A DNA stretch of 64,000 nt from Octopus sinensis (GCF_006345805.1 NC_043000.1:153140001-153204000), one strand, 5' to 3'. Numbered from the stretch's first letter, positions 26,131 through 38,110 are shown. A program made the numbers and translations. The notes: generated from the sequence alone by a model not told the origin.

Positions 26131-26290
26131 TATCAGGTCATCCCATAAGTTCTGTCCGAATTTTGAATAAAGAAAACAAGTGATCAAATGTTATATTTAA
26201 TTGAAATTTAATCATCAGTGTAATTTCCCTGATTATCTATGACTTCCTTCCATGTATTTCAAGCATTTTAATCTCATCAACTCTTTTGAT
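26131..26290 (-). mobile_element. Mariner 3' end remnant
   Basis: TA-tcaggtcatcccataag TIR-like end, and minus-strand WKEVIDNQGNYTDD*. Confidence 0.65.
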
Positions 26291-26661
26291 TTCAAAGAGA
26301 AGAACTCTGAAATGTCAGTTTCGACCTCCTCCTAGCTTGCGAAAGTTATGTCCCCTAAATGATTCTGTAAACTACGAAACAAATGATTTTCTGAAGGAGC
26401 AAGGTCGGGAAAATAAGGCGGATGAGGAATTTTTTCCCAACCAAGCTCTTCGATCTTCTGTGTTCTTAAACCTATACCTTCATGCATACACATACATAAC
26501 ACATACATGCGTATTTATACACATATGTACATATATGTATATATATTTATACAGATATGTACATATACATGCATATATATTTACATACATTTATATACAT
26601 ACATATTGGCATACATATATGCATTTATATATACGTACTAACACATATGTAACTGAAATAT

Positions 26662-26866
26662 AGGTTTCAAATTTTGGCGTAAGGTAAGCAATTTCTGGAG
26701 AAACAGGTAAGTCGATTGCATCGACCCCAGCGTTGATCTGTCAGTTATTTTATAGACACCGAAAGGATGAAAGGCAATGTCAACTTCGGTGGAATTTGAA
26801 CTCAGAATGTAAAGACGGATGAAATGCCGCCAAGCATATTGCCTGGAGTGCTAACGATTCTGCCAT
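26662..26866 (-). mobile_element. SINE family B, old copy with alternative tail
   Basis: Core recognisable. Flanked by duplicated actgaaatat. Confidence 0.75.
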
Positions 26867-27082
26867 ATTACTGAAATATTGAGACAGCATGTGATTAAGT
26901 GCGGTTTACCACAGGGTTTAAATATATGCTTATTAAATGCACGCTGAAAATGGAAGGCTAACAACTGACGGTGGAGTTATCAAATATATTCTTTGCATTG
27001 TGATTTTCACACGCCTTTCTAGCACTTCATCTCTCTCCGCCACACACATTTATACGCTCAGAAGCATATGTAAATAACAACA

Positions 27083-27114
<32 letters not shown>

Positions 27115-27299
27115 ATTAGTTTTTAGCTGTTGAACTCGAAGTAGATATAGCTATTAATGTAAATATTGGGTTAAAATATGTACATTCGTATGACTATATA
27201 TTCTTACATCTATAAACACAATCATACAAATATATGTACAGATAAATGTGCGAATATATATATGTATATATACATACACACACACACATGAAATAATAC

Positions 27300-28031
27300 A
27301 AACTTATTGAATAACCGTTCCGAACTGGGATTATCTTGTATAAATTGTGCTACCCATACGTTTAAATATTTTAAATAATAACATTCTGACCATTCCTAAA
27401 TTTCCAAATCTTAATATTTTGTAACCAAATAAAAAATTAATATACCATACTAGCTTTTATTTAACCTGCATAGATTACTAAGAAATTTCAATATATATAT
27501 AAATCTGAATATAATGAAATTAGAATTCTTTGATACTCTTCTACATAGGATGGAAAAAAATTCTATATATCTAGGTAAATTACTTGGTTCATCATGATTA
27601 CCTCCCTTCCATTACTTTTTAATATATCTTATTAATTCCTGATATATTTACTAAATTGATAAAGTTTTTCTCCATAGTTAGTAAAAAGTATGTCTAACAT
27701 ATTCTTTTAATTCGACTCAGTAATAAAACATATCACCATCTACTAGCTAATTATGATTCTATATTAATAGAAATGGATATATATATATTTATATAAATAT
27801 GAAATAATTGCCAAAAAATTCTATATATCTAGAGAAATTACTTGGTTCATCTTGATTACCTCCCTTCCATTACTTTTTAATATGTCTTATTGACCCCTCA
27901 TATATGTGCTAAATTAATAAATTATTTTCCACAGTTAGTAAATATCATGTCTAACATTTTCTTTTAATTCAACTCATTAATAAAATAAATCACCATTTAC
28001 TAACTAATTATGATTATATATTAATAGAAAT

Positions 28032-28068
<37 letters not shown>

Positions 28069-28706
28069 TGAAAGGATTTCTATATTTTCTACCCCTATAT
28101 AAGATACTAATATTTATTAAAATCCTTTAGAATATTATCTAAAGGATATGTACTTAAATTTCTTAATATCGAATCTGGATGTTAAATGGTAAGGGACATT
28201 GAAAGCATCTAGAGCACTAGGAGTCTATGTTCCCCTACCTCTCTAACTTCGACCTACTAGCTTTTTGCTATAATACATTCAAATATATCTAAACTGAAGT
28301 CCTCAAAATGGGAATGGATTTATGGTTTTGACATTTGTACTACACCTTCCTATATCTATAAATAGAAAAAATTCTTTGTCTCCACCCAAACAAAAATAAA
28401 ATCCCCTCCCCACTGACATATCAAAAGAACTCAATGATAAAATTTACAATCAGAGTGTGGATATACTACTATGACGTTCTTAAGAAAGAAATCAACCTCT
28501 CTGTCTATATATCTACCCTCTTTATAATGTTGGCAAATGAAATATGGATAAGAATATGTATTGTCCGTTTGATTGAAAAATTCTATAAGTGGCTGAAGAT
28601 TGCTCGACATTTTAAAACTGATGTAATACTTACAGTGTTTAATAAAATGAAGTAGCATGAAACAATTGTACTACTCTACCTTGGATATACTTGTTGCTTA
28701 TTTTGA

Positions 28707-28710
<4 letters not shown>
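27300..28710 (+). mobile_element. PLE 3' end and long AT-rich 3' region with internal ~258 bp tandem repeat and terminal hammerhead-like motif
   Basis: Starts LLNNRSELGLSCINC, resembling the LLN.RSE...C end of PLE ORFs. Repeat units at ~27555-27805 and ~27813-28073. Ends at (TA)n. Confidence 0.55.
28588..28675 (+). ncRNA. Type I hammerhead-like ribozyme with extended stem II
   Basis: AGTGG-CTGAAGA-t[tgct..catttta..tgtaa tac ttaca..taaaatg..agca]t-GAAA-CAATTG-TA-CTACT. Stem I is AGTGG/CTACT, stem III is the palindrome ACAATTGT, and the cleavage triplet is GTA. Confidence 0.65.
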
Positions 28711-28750
<40 letters not shown>

Positions 28751-29083
28751 CAAAAATAAGGGCAAAAGAAAAATTCTAATGCCAAATATGCCGAAAAAAG
28801 ACAAAATTTGTCAATAACCATTATAATTTTTGCGACTCGAAACAAACCGATAGAAATTTCTAAAAAATCCGTTATAACCGTATTGGTCCCAATTTCGGGG
28901 TTAATTCATAAGAATTTTCCCCTCCTCATCGATAAATACGCGAGATATAAGTGAAATACTTACTCATACCCATGGAAAAAGCAAGCACTAAGTCCTGGGC
29001 AGATTTGACCTTTAAAGATATTTTTTGATATGCTGGCCATTGATAAAATTTTTTTCCCGAAAAAAATTTTATCCTTCATTAAT

Positions 29084-29147
<64 letters not shown>

Positions 29148-29164
29148 AATGATATATTTTATAT

Positions 29165-29375
29165 TTAGTGGTTGGTGCATTCGGCTCACGATCGTGAAGT
29201 CGTGAGTTCAATTCCGGTGACGCGTTGTGTCTTTGAGCAAGACCCTTTATTTTCACATTGATCCAGTCCACTCAGCTGGCAAAAATTAGTAGTTCTTTTG
29301 TCTCAATAGGCCCCCTAATCACACTCTGTGTCACGCTGAATCTCCCTGAGAACTGTGCTAAGAGTACACGTTCCG
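29165..29375 (+). mobile_element. tRNA-headed SINE related to family C (different 3' part)
   Basis: tagtggttgg...gagttcaattcc...ctttgagcaag...cactcagctggcaaaaat.agta. Confidence 0.7.
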
Positions 29376-29403
29376 TTGATTATATTATATATATACATGA
29401 GTG

Positions 29404-29440
<37 letters not shown>

Positions 29441-29545
29441 TATATATATATAGTGTAATAAATAAAATATATGCATACATACATACATATATGTACGTAC
29501 CTACATCTACATGTATATATACATGCATATATATATATATATATA

Positions 29546-29598
<53 letters not shown>

Positions 29599-29777
29599 GT
29601 GAGTACAGGACACCACAAATAGACGCAGAACTCAACGAGAACGAAAACGTAAAAATAAGCATGGAACGAACCTTTTTTTTACAAAGAAAAAACAGAGTAC
29701 TAGACAAACTGCACAAGGAAAAATCCCCTTCATCAGCTGTCCCTAGTTCAACTCCAGCGTGTTTCGAAGGTGAGGAC

Positions 29778-30123
29778 GAGGCGCAATGGCCCTTGTGGTC
29801 AGGGCAGCGAACTCGCAGTCGTAGGATCGGGCTTTCGATTCCTAGACCGGGTGTTGTGAATGTTTATTGAGCGAAAACATCTAAAGCTCCACGAGGCTCC
29901 GGCAGGGCGTGGTGGCGAACCCTGCTGTTCTCTTTCAGCACAACTTTCTCTCTTACTTCCTGTTTCTGTTGTTACACTCTGTGTCACGCTGAGTCTCCCC
30001 GAGAACTATGTTAAGCGTACACGTGCCCGTGGAGTGCTCAGCCACTTGCACGTTAATTTCACGAGCAGGCCGTTCCGTTGATTGGATTAACTGGAACCCT
30101 TGTCGTCGTAGCCGACGGAGTGC

Positions 30124-30126
<3 letters not shown>
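29778..30126 (+). mobile_element. tRNA-derived SINE family D
   Basis: Head gaggcgcaatggccc.tgtggtcagggcagcg. A partial inverted copy is at 46195-46363. Confidence 0.75.
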
Positions 30127-30165
<39 letters not shown>

Positions 30166-30702
30166 ATAGATAGATAGGGAGAGATAGATACACGCACACT
30201 GCATTTTCGCCCGGCGTGCTAACGTTTCTGCCAGCTCGCCGCCTTCGATCATGGACGGCTACGGGATTGCACCTGTGAAGTTCTCCTCTGTGGCATAATT
30301 CCGAGCAATGATGTTTGTGGAAGATCAGTATACCATACATACCAGTCTTCCGTCTCCCCGCCAACGTGGAAAGGCTAAGTGAACAGATGAAATAGTGTCT
30401 TGCTCAAGAATACAACGCATAGAACGGTCCGGGAATTGAACTCACAAACTCATGATTGTAAACCTGACGCTCTAGCCACTGTCCGATACGCCTTCGTGTT
30501 CCTGTTTGCGTGTATATATGTGCGTGTGTGTAAGCCGACCAAAGCTTTGCAGTTATAAGCAAAGTTTTGGTCAGTTAGCATCTGAACCACACGACCTTAT
30601 GTTCCTAAAATTCATATCTACATCTTTATCTATAAATTTACCTTCCCTAAGATGTTATTACTTGATTTGAAAACTTTTATATTATTGGAAATCCTATATA
30701 AA

Positions 30703-30788
30703 TTAGCTGAAGATGACTCAGCATCTTAAATCTGCTGTAATATTTACAGCTTTTAATAAAATGTTGTAGTATGAAACAATTGTACTAA
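30703..30788 (+). ncRNA. Second copy of the extended-stem II hammerhead-like motif
   Basis: TTAG-CTGAAGA-tgactcagcat...gctgtaa tat ttacagc...atgttgtagtat-GAAA-CAATTG-TA-CTAA. The downstream cttgttgcttatttt is shared with 28690. Confidence 0.62.
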
Positions 30789-30917
30789 ATTACCAGATTC
30801 ATTCTTGTTGCTTATTTTTGATTATAATCACCCCGCATATTTTTATGGGTAACACCATACAAAATTCTGGTGCATCTAAATTAAGTACCAATTGTTGCTG
30901 ATCTTATATATATATAT

Positions 30918-30978
<61 letters not shown>

Positions 30979-31048
30979 ATATATGTGTATGTATGTATGT
31001 ATATATATATATACAAAAGGGATAGTTACTATGAAGCATTCTGTAGAC

Positions 31049-31337
31049 TATATTGTATAAAGTATCGTGGGTAAGACCAGAACAATGCGAAGTAAAAGCA
31101 AGGCAAACCACAAGAAAACAAATATATGAATTAATGTAGACTTTCCTTGCATTCAATATTTCGGGGTTATAACCCCATCCTCAAGACGTTAACGAATTTC
31201 TTAAGGATGGGCGTCATAACCTCGAAATACTTAATGCCAGGTAAGTCTACATTAATTCATGTATTTGTTTTCTTGTGGTTTGCCTTGCTTTTACTTCGCA
31301 TTGTTCTGGTCTTGCCCACGATCCTTTATACAATATA
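31049..31337. repeat. Long inverted repeat (foldback), ~135 bp arms, short spacer
   Basis: tatattgtataaagtatcgtgggtaagaccagaacaatgcgaagtaaaagcaagg... pairs with ...ccttgcttttacttcgcattgttctggtcttgcccacgatcctttatacaatata. Confidence 0.92.
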
Positions 31338-31349
31338 TGCATATATCTA

Positions 31350-31970
31350 TATGTCTGTGTCTTTATGCCTGTATTTGTCCCCCACCAATGTTCGACAACG
31401 GGTGTTGATATGTTTATGTGCCCCGTAACTTTGCGGTTCAGCATAAGAAATTGATAGAATAAGGACCAGACTTACTGGGATCGATTCATTTGACTAAAGA
31501 TTCTTGAAGGTGGTGCCCCACCATGGCCGCAGTCTAATGATTGAAACAAGTAAAAGATAATATATACATTTAGGCGCAGGAGTGGCCGTGTGGTAAGTAG
31601 CTTGTTTACCAACCACATGGTTCCGGGTTCAGTCCCACTGCGTGGCATCTTAGGCAAGTATCTTCTACTATAGCCTCGGGCCGACCAAAGCCTTGTGAGT
31701 GGATTTGGTAGACGGAAACTGAAAGAAGCCCGTTGTATATATGTATATATATATATGCGTACGTGTGTTTGTGTGTCTGTATTTGTCCCCCTAGCATTGC
31801 TTGACAACCGATGCTGGTGTGTTTATGTCCCCGTTACTTAGCGGTTCGGCAAAAGAGTCCGATAGAATAAGTACTGGGCTTACAAAAGAATAAGTCCTGG
31901 GGTCGAGTTGCTCGATTAAAGACGGTGCTCCAGCATGGCCGCAGTCAAATTACTGAAACAAGTAAAAGAG
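31350..31970 (+). mobile_element. SINE family A: old 3' half plus a full-length copy (31573-31970)
   Basis: Family match. Confidence 0.85.
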
Positions 31971-32913
31971 TATTTAGAAAACTGTCTATCGCTCCTTTCT
32001 CTTTTTCTCTCCCTTACCGTAAATATATGTGCGTGTGTTAGTGTGTATGCGTGTGTGTGCGTGTGTGTGTGCGTGTGTGTGTGCGCGCACGTGTTTAATC
32101 ACTGACCAATATGATATTTTTATCTTGACATTTTATTCTTTATTTTTTTATATTGTAGTATATTTCTTTATTCATCTACATACCCAATCTCTCACAATAC
32201 ATTCCTTTACGGTGCATTTTTATTAGCTCTAGGTTATTTAATTAATATTGTTTCTTTATTTGTATGCTGATCAGCTCGGCACTGCAGATTTAGATATATT
32301 TTACTGTTTCAGCAAACCATTTATTTTAGTTAATTACTTGCATTAGACCCTATAATTTACGGTCAGAACTACATTTCTATCCTTAAAAATAAGTAATGAG
32401 CACTTAAGAAAGTTTGATTTAACCATACAACTCTAAAATTTCATATCCAAACTGCGTTTAATATACCTACACTATTTATACTAAGATGTTACCCTATTCT
32501 CTTTCCAGATGTAAACTAGTAATTGTATACTACCATGTCCACTTAGAAATTAGCAAGCAGGTGCATACAATTAGACTATGCTTAAAATTAAACTAGTAGC
32601 TACAAATTTAAATATATATCTCTAATTTCGCTATTAAACCATTACCTAAAAGAATCTGCATTATCGCCACCCAGAAATTTCTAATAGCAATTTAGAATCC
32701 ATTAATTTTAAAATTACTACTATAGTTAATTAAGTTTATTTTGTTTTACATAATATTTTGTTTAGGCTATTTGTTTATCCAAACATAGTAATTTCTCTTT
32801 CTCCTAGTTGTTACTTTATTTTATTTTATATCGTTTACCTCTTTCACTCATTGGAGAGCAGCCAGTTTAGAGTTTAGATGAACAAATAATTATTTTTAAA
32901 CCCTGGTACACAT

Positions 32914-32995
<82 letters not shown>
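32914..32995. repeat. (TCTA)n microsatellite
   Basis: Direct reading. Confidence 0.95.
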
Positions 32996-32998
<3 letters not shown>

Positions 32999-33059
32999 TT
33001 TTACCGAACCACTAATTTTAGGTTTTAATACGGTGGGTGTAACTGTGCAGTAATTTACT

Positions 33060-33426
33060 CGTTTGTTCCTGTCATCTTCTTTTAATTGCTGTATGATAAG
33101 GCTTCAACTTTAAACTTTTCAACACCCTGCTTATGAGAGATTTCTGCGCCAATTTACGTGTTGACTTCTTTGGACTTTGAGTAATCCCTTGGCGAATGTC
33201 CTGAATAACTTCGACGTTTAGCGTTCGAATGGCAAGGTTTCTTTGTTTTGGGGAGTTGTGCACTGACCCTGTAGCGAGCCACTTCAACCAGCATTTGTAT
33301 CGTTCTCTTTGCCGATAAACCTTTACTCAAAACTTGAGTTCAAAAAATTTCACGCGTTTGTTTAACAGAATCTGATCTCACATGCATTTCTACATTTTCC
33401 ATTCTTTCTGCTTTTGAGTACATCAT
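33060..33426 (-). pseudogene. Tc1/mariner-type transposase N-terminal (HTH) remnant
   Basis: KWLATGSVHNSPK...RTLNVEVIQDIRQGITQSPKKSTRKLAQ...LKLKPY. Typical TGSV...SP.KS.R...L.L.PY pattern. Confidence 0.75.
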
Positions 33427-33653
33427 CTTTCAGAAAAGGCTAGAGATGTTCATACAATCATCTAAAGTGTTGAGGATGCAGTGAGGATAACTTAGCAAAC
33501 AGTCAACTTGTGCACAATCTTTGTTCAGTAGTTACAAGAAGTCGAAATAAACCAACGACACTTGTAAATGAAAGGTTTTGTGCAGTTCTCGAGTGTGTAA
33601 ATTTATTTCTGCCTTAACACCATGCTACAAAACCCGTGCTGCGCTTTTGTAGG

Positions 33654-33708
<55 letters not shown>

Positions 33709-33805
33709 TTAATCCAAACAAGAAAGCACAAAAAAAAACACAAGAACGCGAGGACGTGGAACAAATATAGTATTATTGGACGCTCAGGAAAGATGGAAAG
33801 AAGAA

Positions 33806-33845
33806 GGGCTTAACGTTTCGAGCGGAGCTCCTCGTCGGAAACATA
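33806..33845 (-). ncRNA. Degenerate minimal hammerhead-like motif in a short (TA)n-flanked element (~33705-33922)
   Basis: Minus strand: gttt-CCGACGA-g-GAGC tcc GCTC-GAAA-CG-TTA-agc. 4 bp stem II, palindromic AACGTT stem III, weakened stem I. Confidence 0.5.
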
Positions 33846-34394
33846 GGAGAAGGAAAAATCCAGAGAAAGAAAGACAGAGGGGAAAAAATCGCCAACGGTA
33901 CACACGCGGTCACATTTTGAAATATATATATATGTAAATATATATATCATATGGATAAGAAATTTATTGTTTGATTTTCAATCGGCTACCAAATATCATA
34001 TAGTAAGACTTCTAATACTGGATATACTAGTGGAAATCAGCAACTATCCGTAGAGTATGATCGAACAAAATGTTAAAACGAAAACATGGATTGAACAAGC
34101 TTCATTACTAATCACTACAATTGTTTCATGCGTATGCATACAGCTATTGTTGAATGATATTAATGCAATATTGTGTATAATTCATGTAATATTCAGCAAC
34201 TAGCACCTGATAAAGTTGCGTTGAAACAATTGTTGTTAATGGTAGTGATATGTAATAAAGCTTGTCCAATCGATCTTCTCGTATTAAAATATGTTTCTCT
34301 CTCTCTCTCGTTCTCTCAAAAATGACCGAAACAAGTAAAAGACACACACACACGTGTGTGTGTATGCACGCGCGCGCGCGTGTGTGTGTCCATG

Positions 34395-35292
34395 TTTTAC
34401 TTGTTTCGATCAATTTTTGACTGCGGCTATGCTGGGGTACGACCTTTAATAGTTTTAGTTGAACAAATTGAATACAGGGTTTATTTGTTAGAGCCTGTTA
34501 TTTATTCTACCGGTCTCTTTCGCCGAACCGCTAAGTTACGGGAACGTAAACACCCCAACACCGGTTGTCGAGCGGTGGTGGGAGACAAATATAGACACAA
34601 AGATAAACAGACATAAATATATATATATGCATATATACATACACACATACACACATATATATATATATAATAAAATACATTTAAACACAAAGAGAAATTT
34701 ACTTGTAACAAAACGACGGGCTTCTTTCAGTTTCCGTCTACCAAATCCACTCTCAAGGATTTAGACGGCCTGAGGCTATAGAAGAATGCAATTGACCAAA
34801 GTGCCACTCAGCGAGACTGAACCTGCGACCACGTAGTTGGGAATCAAGCTTCTTACCACACAGCCACGGCAGATTTGTATGTATATATAGGCGCAGGAGT
34901 GGCTGTGTGGTAAGTAGCTTGCTAACCAACCACATGGTTCCGGGTTCAGTCCCACTGCGTGGCACCTTGGGCAAGTGTCTTCTACTATAGCCCCGGGCCG
35001 ACCAATGCCTTGTGAGTGGATTTGGTAGACGGAAACTGAAAGAAGCCCGTCGTATATATGTATATGTATATGTGTGTGCGTGTATGTTTGTGTGTCTGTG
35101 TTTGTCCCCCTAGCATTGCTCGACAACCGATGCTGGTGTGTTTACGTCTCCGTTACTTAGCGGTTCGGCAAAAGAGACCGATAGAATAAGTACAGGGCTT
35201 ACAAAAGAATAAGTCCTGGGGTCAAGTTGCTCGATTAAAGGCGGTGCTCCTGCATGGCTGCAGTCAAATTACTGAAACAAGTAAAAGAGTAA
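34395..35292. mobile_element. Two SINE A copies head-to-head (old minus copy 34395-34868; young plus copy 34890-35292)
   Basis: Family match on opposite strands, heads about 20 bp apart. Confidence 0.85.
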
Positions 35293-35338
35293 AAAAAGAG
35301 AGAGTATATATATATATATATATATGTATGCATGTATG

Positions 35339-35390
<52 letters not shown>

Positions 35391-36059
35391 AAATACATGT
35401 GTTAATATGCACATATACACTATAGGTGTTTTAGCTTGCGCGTGAGTGAGTTTGTGAGAGGTGCAGAAAGTTATAGACAGAAAATACGTAGACTGAGAAA
35501 GACAAAGAATAAGGCGGGGGAAGCGATCCGTCCACATGTGATTTTCGTATGAATTATTCTGTTCGTTGTATACGTAAAGTGCGTATATTATTATAATACA
35601 TGAATGCAGACCATATGGCTTGTTAATGGTGATATATTTAGAAAATTGATAACAAGGAGAAGCCAGAATATCGTTTGCTGAAAGAATTGACAGCTAGACA
35701 CAAAATATTACATATACACACACAAGCATACGCAGAAACACACACACACAAACACACACACACAAACACACGCATACATTTCTTTCTATCTCTCTCTCTC
35801 TCTTTTATGTACACAAATGCAAATACATAAACATACACTTACATAAGCTGACGCACATTTCTGGGAAGAAGCCTTTACATTTTTAGATAGCTAAAGTCAA
35901 TACTAAAAGCAGTCCCACATGCATGCAATTATTCACAGAAATACATCCAACTAAAAACATGGCTCAAAAAGATTGGAACAAAGGTAAAGATAGAACACCG
36001 ACAGAAATCATCGTTGGTTGGAGCTGCAAGAGTTCTCTGCAGGTTCCTTGAAGCATGAA

Positions 36060-36998
36060 CAGTAAAGAAGTGTTACCAAAGAGTAAGCGTAACAAGATTA
36101 TACTTACGTAGAGAGGAAGGTGGTAGAGGGTTAATATCAGCAGAAGATCGCGTGGAGTTAACTAGAATAGATATAAACTCCTATGTAAGCAATAGTGAAG
36201 ACAGAGCTGCTAGAATAACAGTAGGAGACAAGGAAAGCAAAAAGTCAAATGAAGTTAAAACAAGAAAAACAGGAAGGTTATCTGACTGGCAAGAGAAGGC
36301 TTTGCATGGTAGATTCCCAAAGATAGTTGCGGGAAACAGTAATAATGAGACTTAGTTATGCTTACAGAAATGATGACTGAAAAGGGAGATAGAAAGTTTG
36401 TTAGTAGCTGCACAAGATCAAGCATTGATGACTAATTGGATAAAAGTCAAGATAGGCAAAAAACCAGGTAGATTCCCCATCTAGGTTATGTAAATCAAAA
36501 GAAGGAAGTGTTATTCACATAGTAAGCGAATGTAGTATGCTGGCATAGAAAGAATACAAGAAAAGACATGACAGCCTAGGGAGAATAATCCAATGGGAGC
36601 TATGTAGAAAGCTCGGATTTGACTATACTGAGAAATGGTATGAACATGAACCTAGTAAAGTACTCAACAGTAAGAAATGTATGATGTTGTTGGATTTTAA
36701 CTTTCAGACTGAGAGCGTAATAGAAGCTAGAAAGCTTGATTTATCAGTAGTAGACAAAAGGAATAGAAAGTGCTAGATAATTGACTTTACAGTCCCAAAT
36801 GATGATAAAGTCAGTATGAGAGGAATATAAAGGAAATTGGCATAAAGTGCCCAGTAGAACTGTTACAAAACGCTTGCCTCCTTGGCACGGTCTGAATAAC
36901 CAGGAAATTATTAGATAGCTTAAAAGAACGGATAGCATGGTGCCGTAGACTGCAGGTAACAAGACTCCAAGAGTCCCAACAAAATCACTGACAAAAAG
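36060..36998 (+). mobile_element. Decayed R4/Dong-clade LINE 3' portion
   Basis: YLRREEGGRGLISAEDRVE...WQEKALHGRF...ESLLVAAQDQALMTNW...HIVSECSMLA*KEYKKRHDSLGRIIQWELC...KWYEHEP...IIDFTVP. Ends at (TAA)n/(CAA)n. Many stops. Confidence 0.88.
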
Positions 36999-37204
36999 GA
37001 ATAATAATAATAATAACAACAACAACAACAACAACCACTAGCCATCTCATATTCTGTTTTTTCTTCCATACATACATACATACATACATACATACATACA
37101 CATGCGCGCGCACACATATACCCACACAGAGACATATACAAGGAAAAATATTTGGAGTTACAGATAATTCTTCTGCGGCATTTACAGCATGTAAAAAATA
37201 CAAA

Positions 37205-37530
37205 ATGTACTCAGTGGTTACAATGTCGAGCTTACGACAGTGAGGTTGTGAATTCGAATCCCGGACTGGGCTGCGTGTTGTGTTCTTGAGCAGGACACTT
37301 TATTTCACGTTGCTCCAGTTCACTCAACTGTAGAAATGAGTTGCAACGTCACTGGTGCCAAGCTGTATTTGGCCTTTGCCTTTCCCTTGGATGACATTGG
37401 TGGCGTGGAGAGTGGAGGCCGGTATGCATGGGCGACTGTTGGCCTTCCACAAACAACCTTGTCCGGACTTGTGCCTCGGAAGATAACTTTCTAGGTGCAA
37501 TCCCATGGTCATTCGTGACCGAAATGGGGT
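37205..37530 (+). mobile_element. tRNA/CORE-like SINE with a distinct tail
   Basis: ctcagtggtta...gaattcgaatcccgg...cttgagcaggacactt...cccatggtcattcgtgaccgaa. Confidence 0.7.
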
Positions 37531-37889
37531 CTCCGCACTCAGCTCCAAAATTAAACTGGACTCTTCACAATAAAGAAAGTAGAATAACTTACAGATAAAC
37601 TTAGAAAAATCACAAAATCCACAATTGGCTTCATACGATTAATTAAGTACATACTCCAAAACAGATCAAAATTATTTGCAGAGAACAAAGCAGCGAACGA
37701 CACATCATAACAGACGTTATACACGGACCACAGCCATAAACAACATACAGCTCGAAAAAAGATAGAAGAAGAATGCCTGAAGAATAAAAGGCCAAAGCAA
37801 GCTTTAGCTTCTGCAGTTATGATATAAATGTGAAGATGGTTCAAAGGGCAGCGGCTCAACGTTCCGCCGAGTACCACTATGTTCTAGGT

Positions 37890-38110
37890 CAGTGCTTTTC
37901 AAACTTTTTGCTGAAGCGGAACCCCAAGGAAACATTCCACTGGCTCGAGGAACCCCTGTCCAATAATTTAATTGTCTTATGCACACATATCTGCACAGGA
38001 GAATTAAAAATTAAAAATTACATGTATGCATTTTTGTAACTTCTTGCCGAACCCCTGGACTGTACTGGCGGAACCCTAAGGTTCCGCGGAACCCTGGTTG
38101 AAAGCCACTG
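37890..38110. mobile_element. hAT (Charlie-like) MITE
   Basis: TIRs cagtgcttttcaa / ttgaaagccactg. 8 bp TSD ttctaggt / gtctaggt (NTCTAGNN type). Repeated ggaaccc subterminal motifs. Confidence 0.85.
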
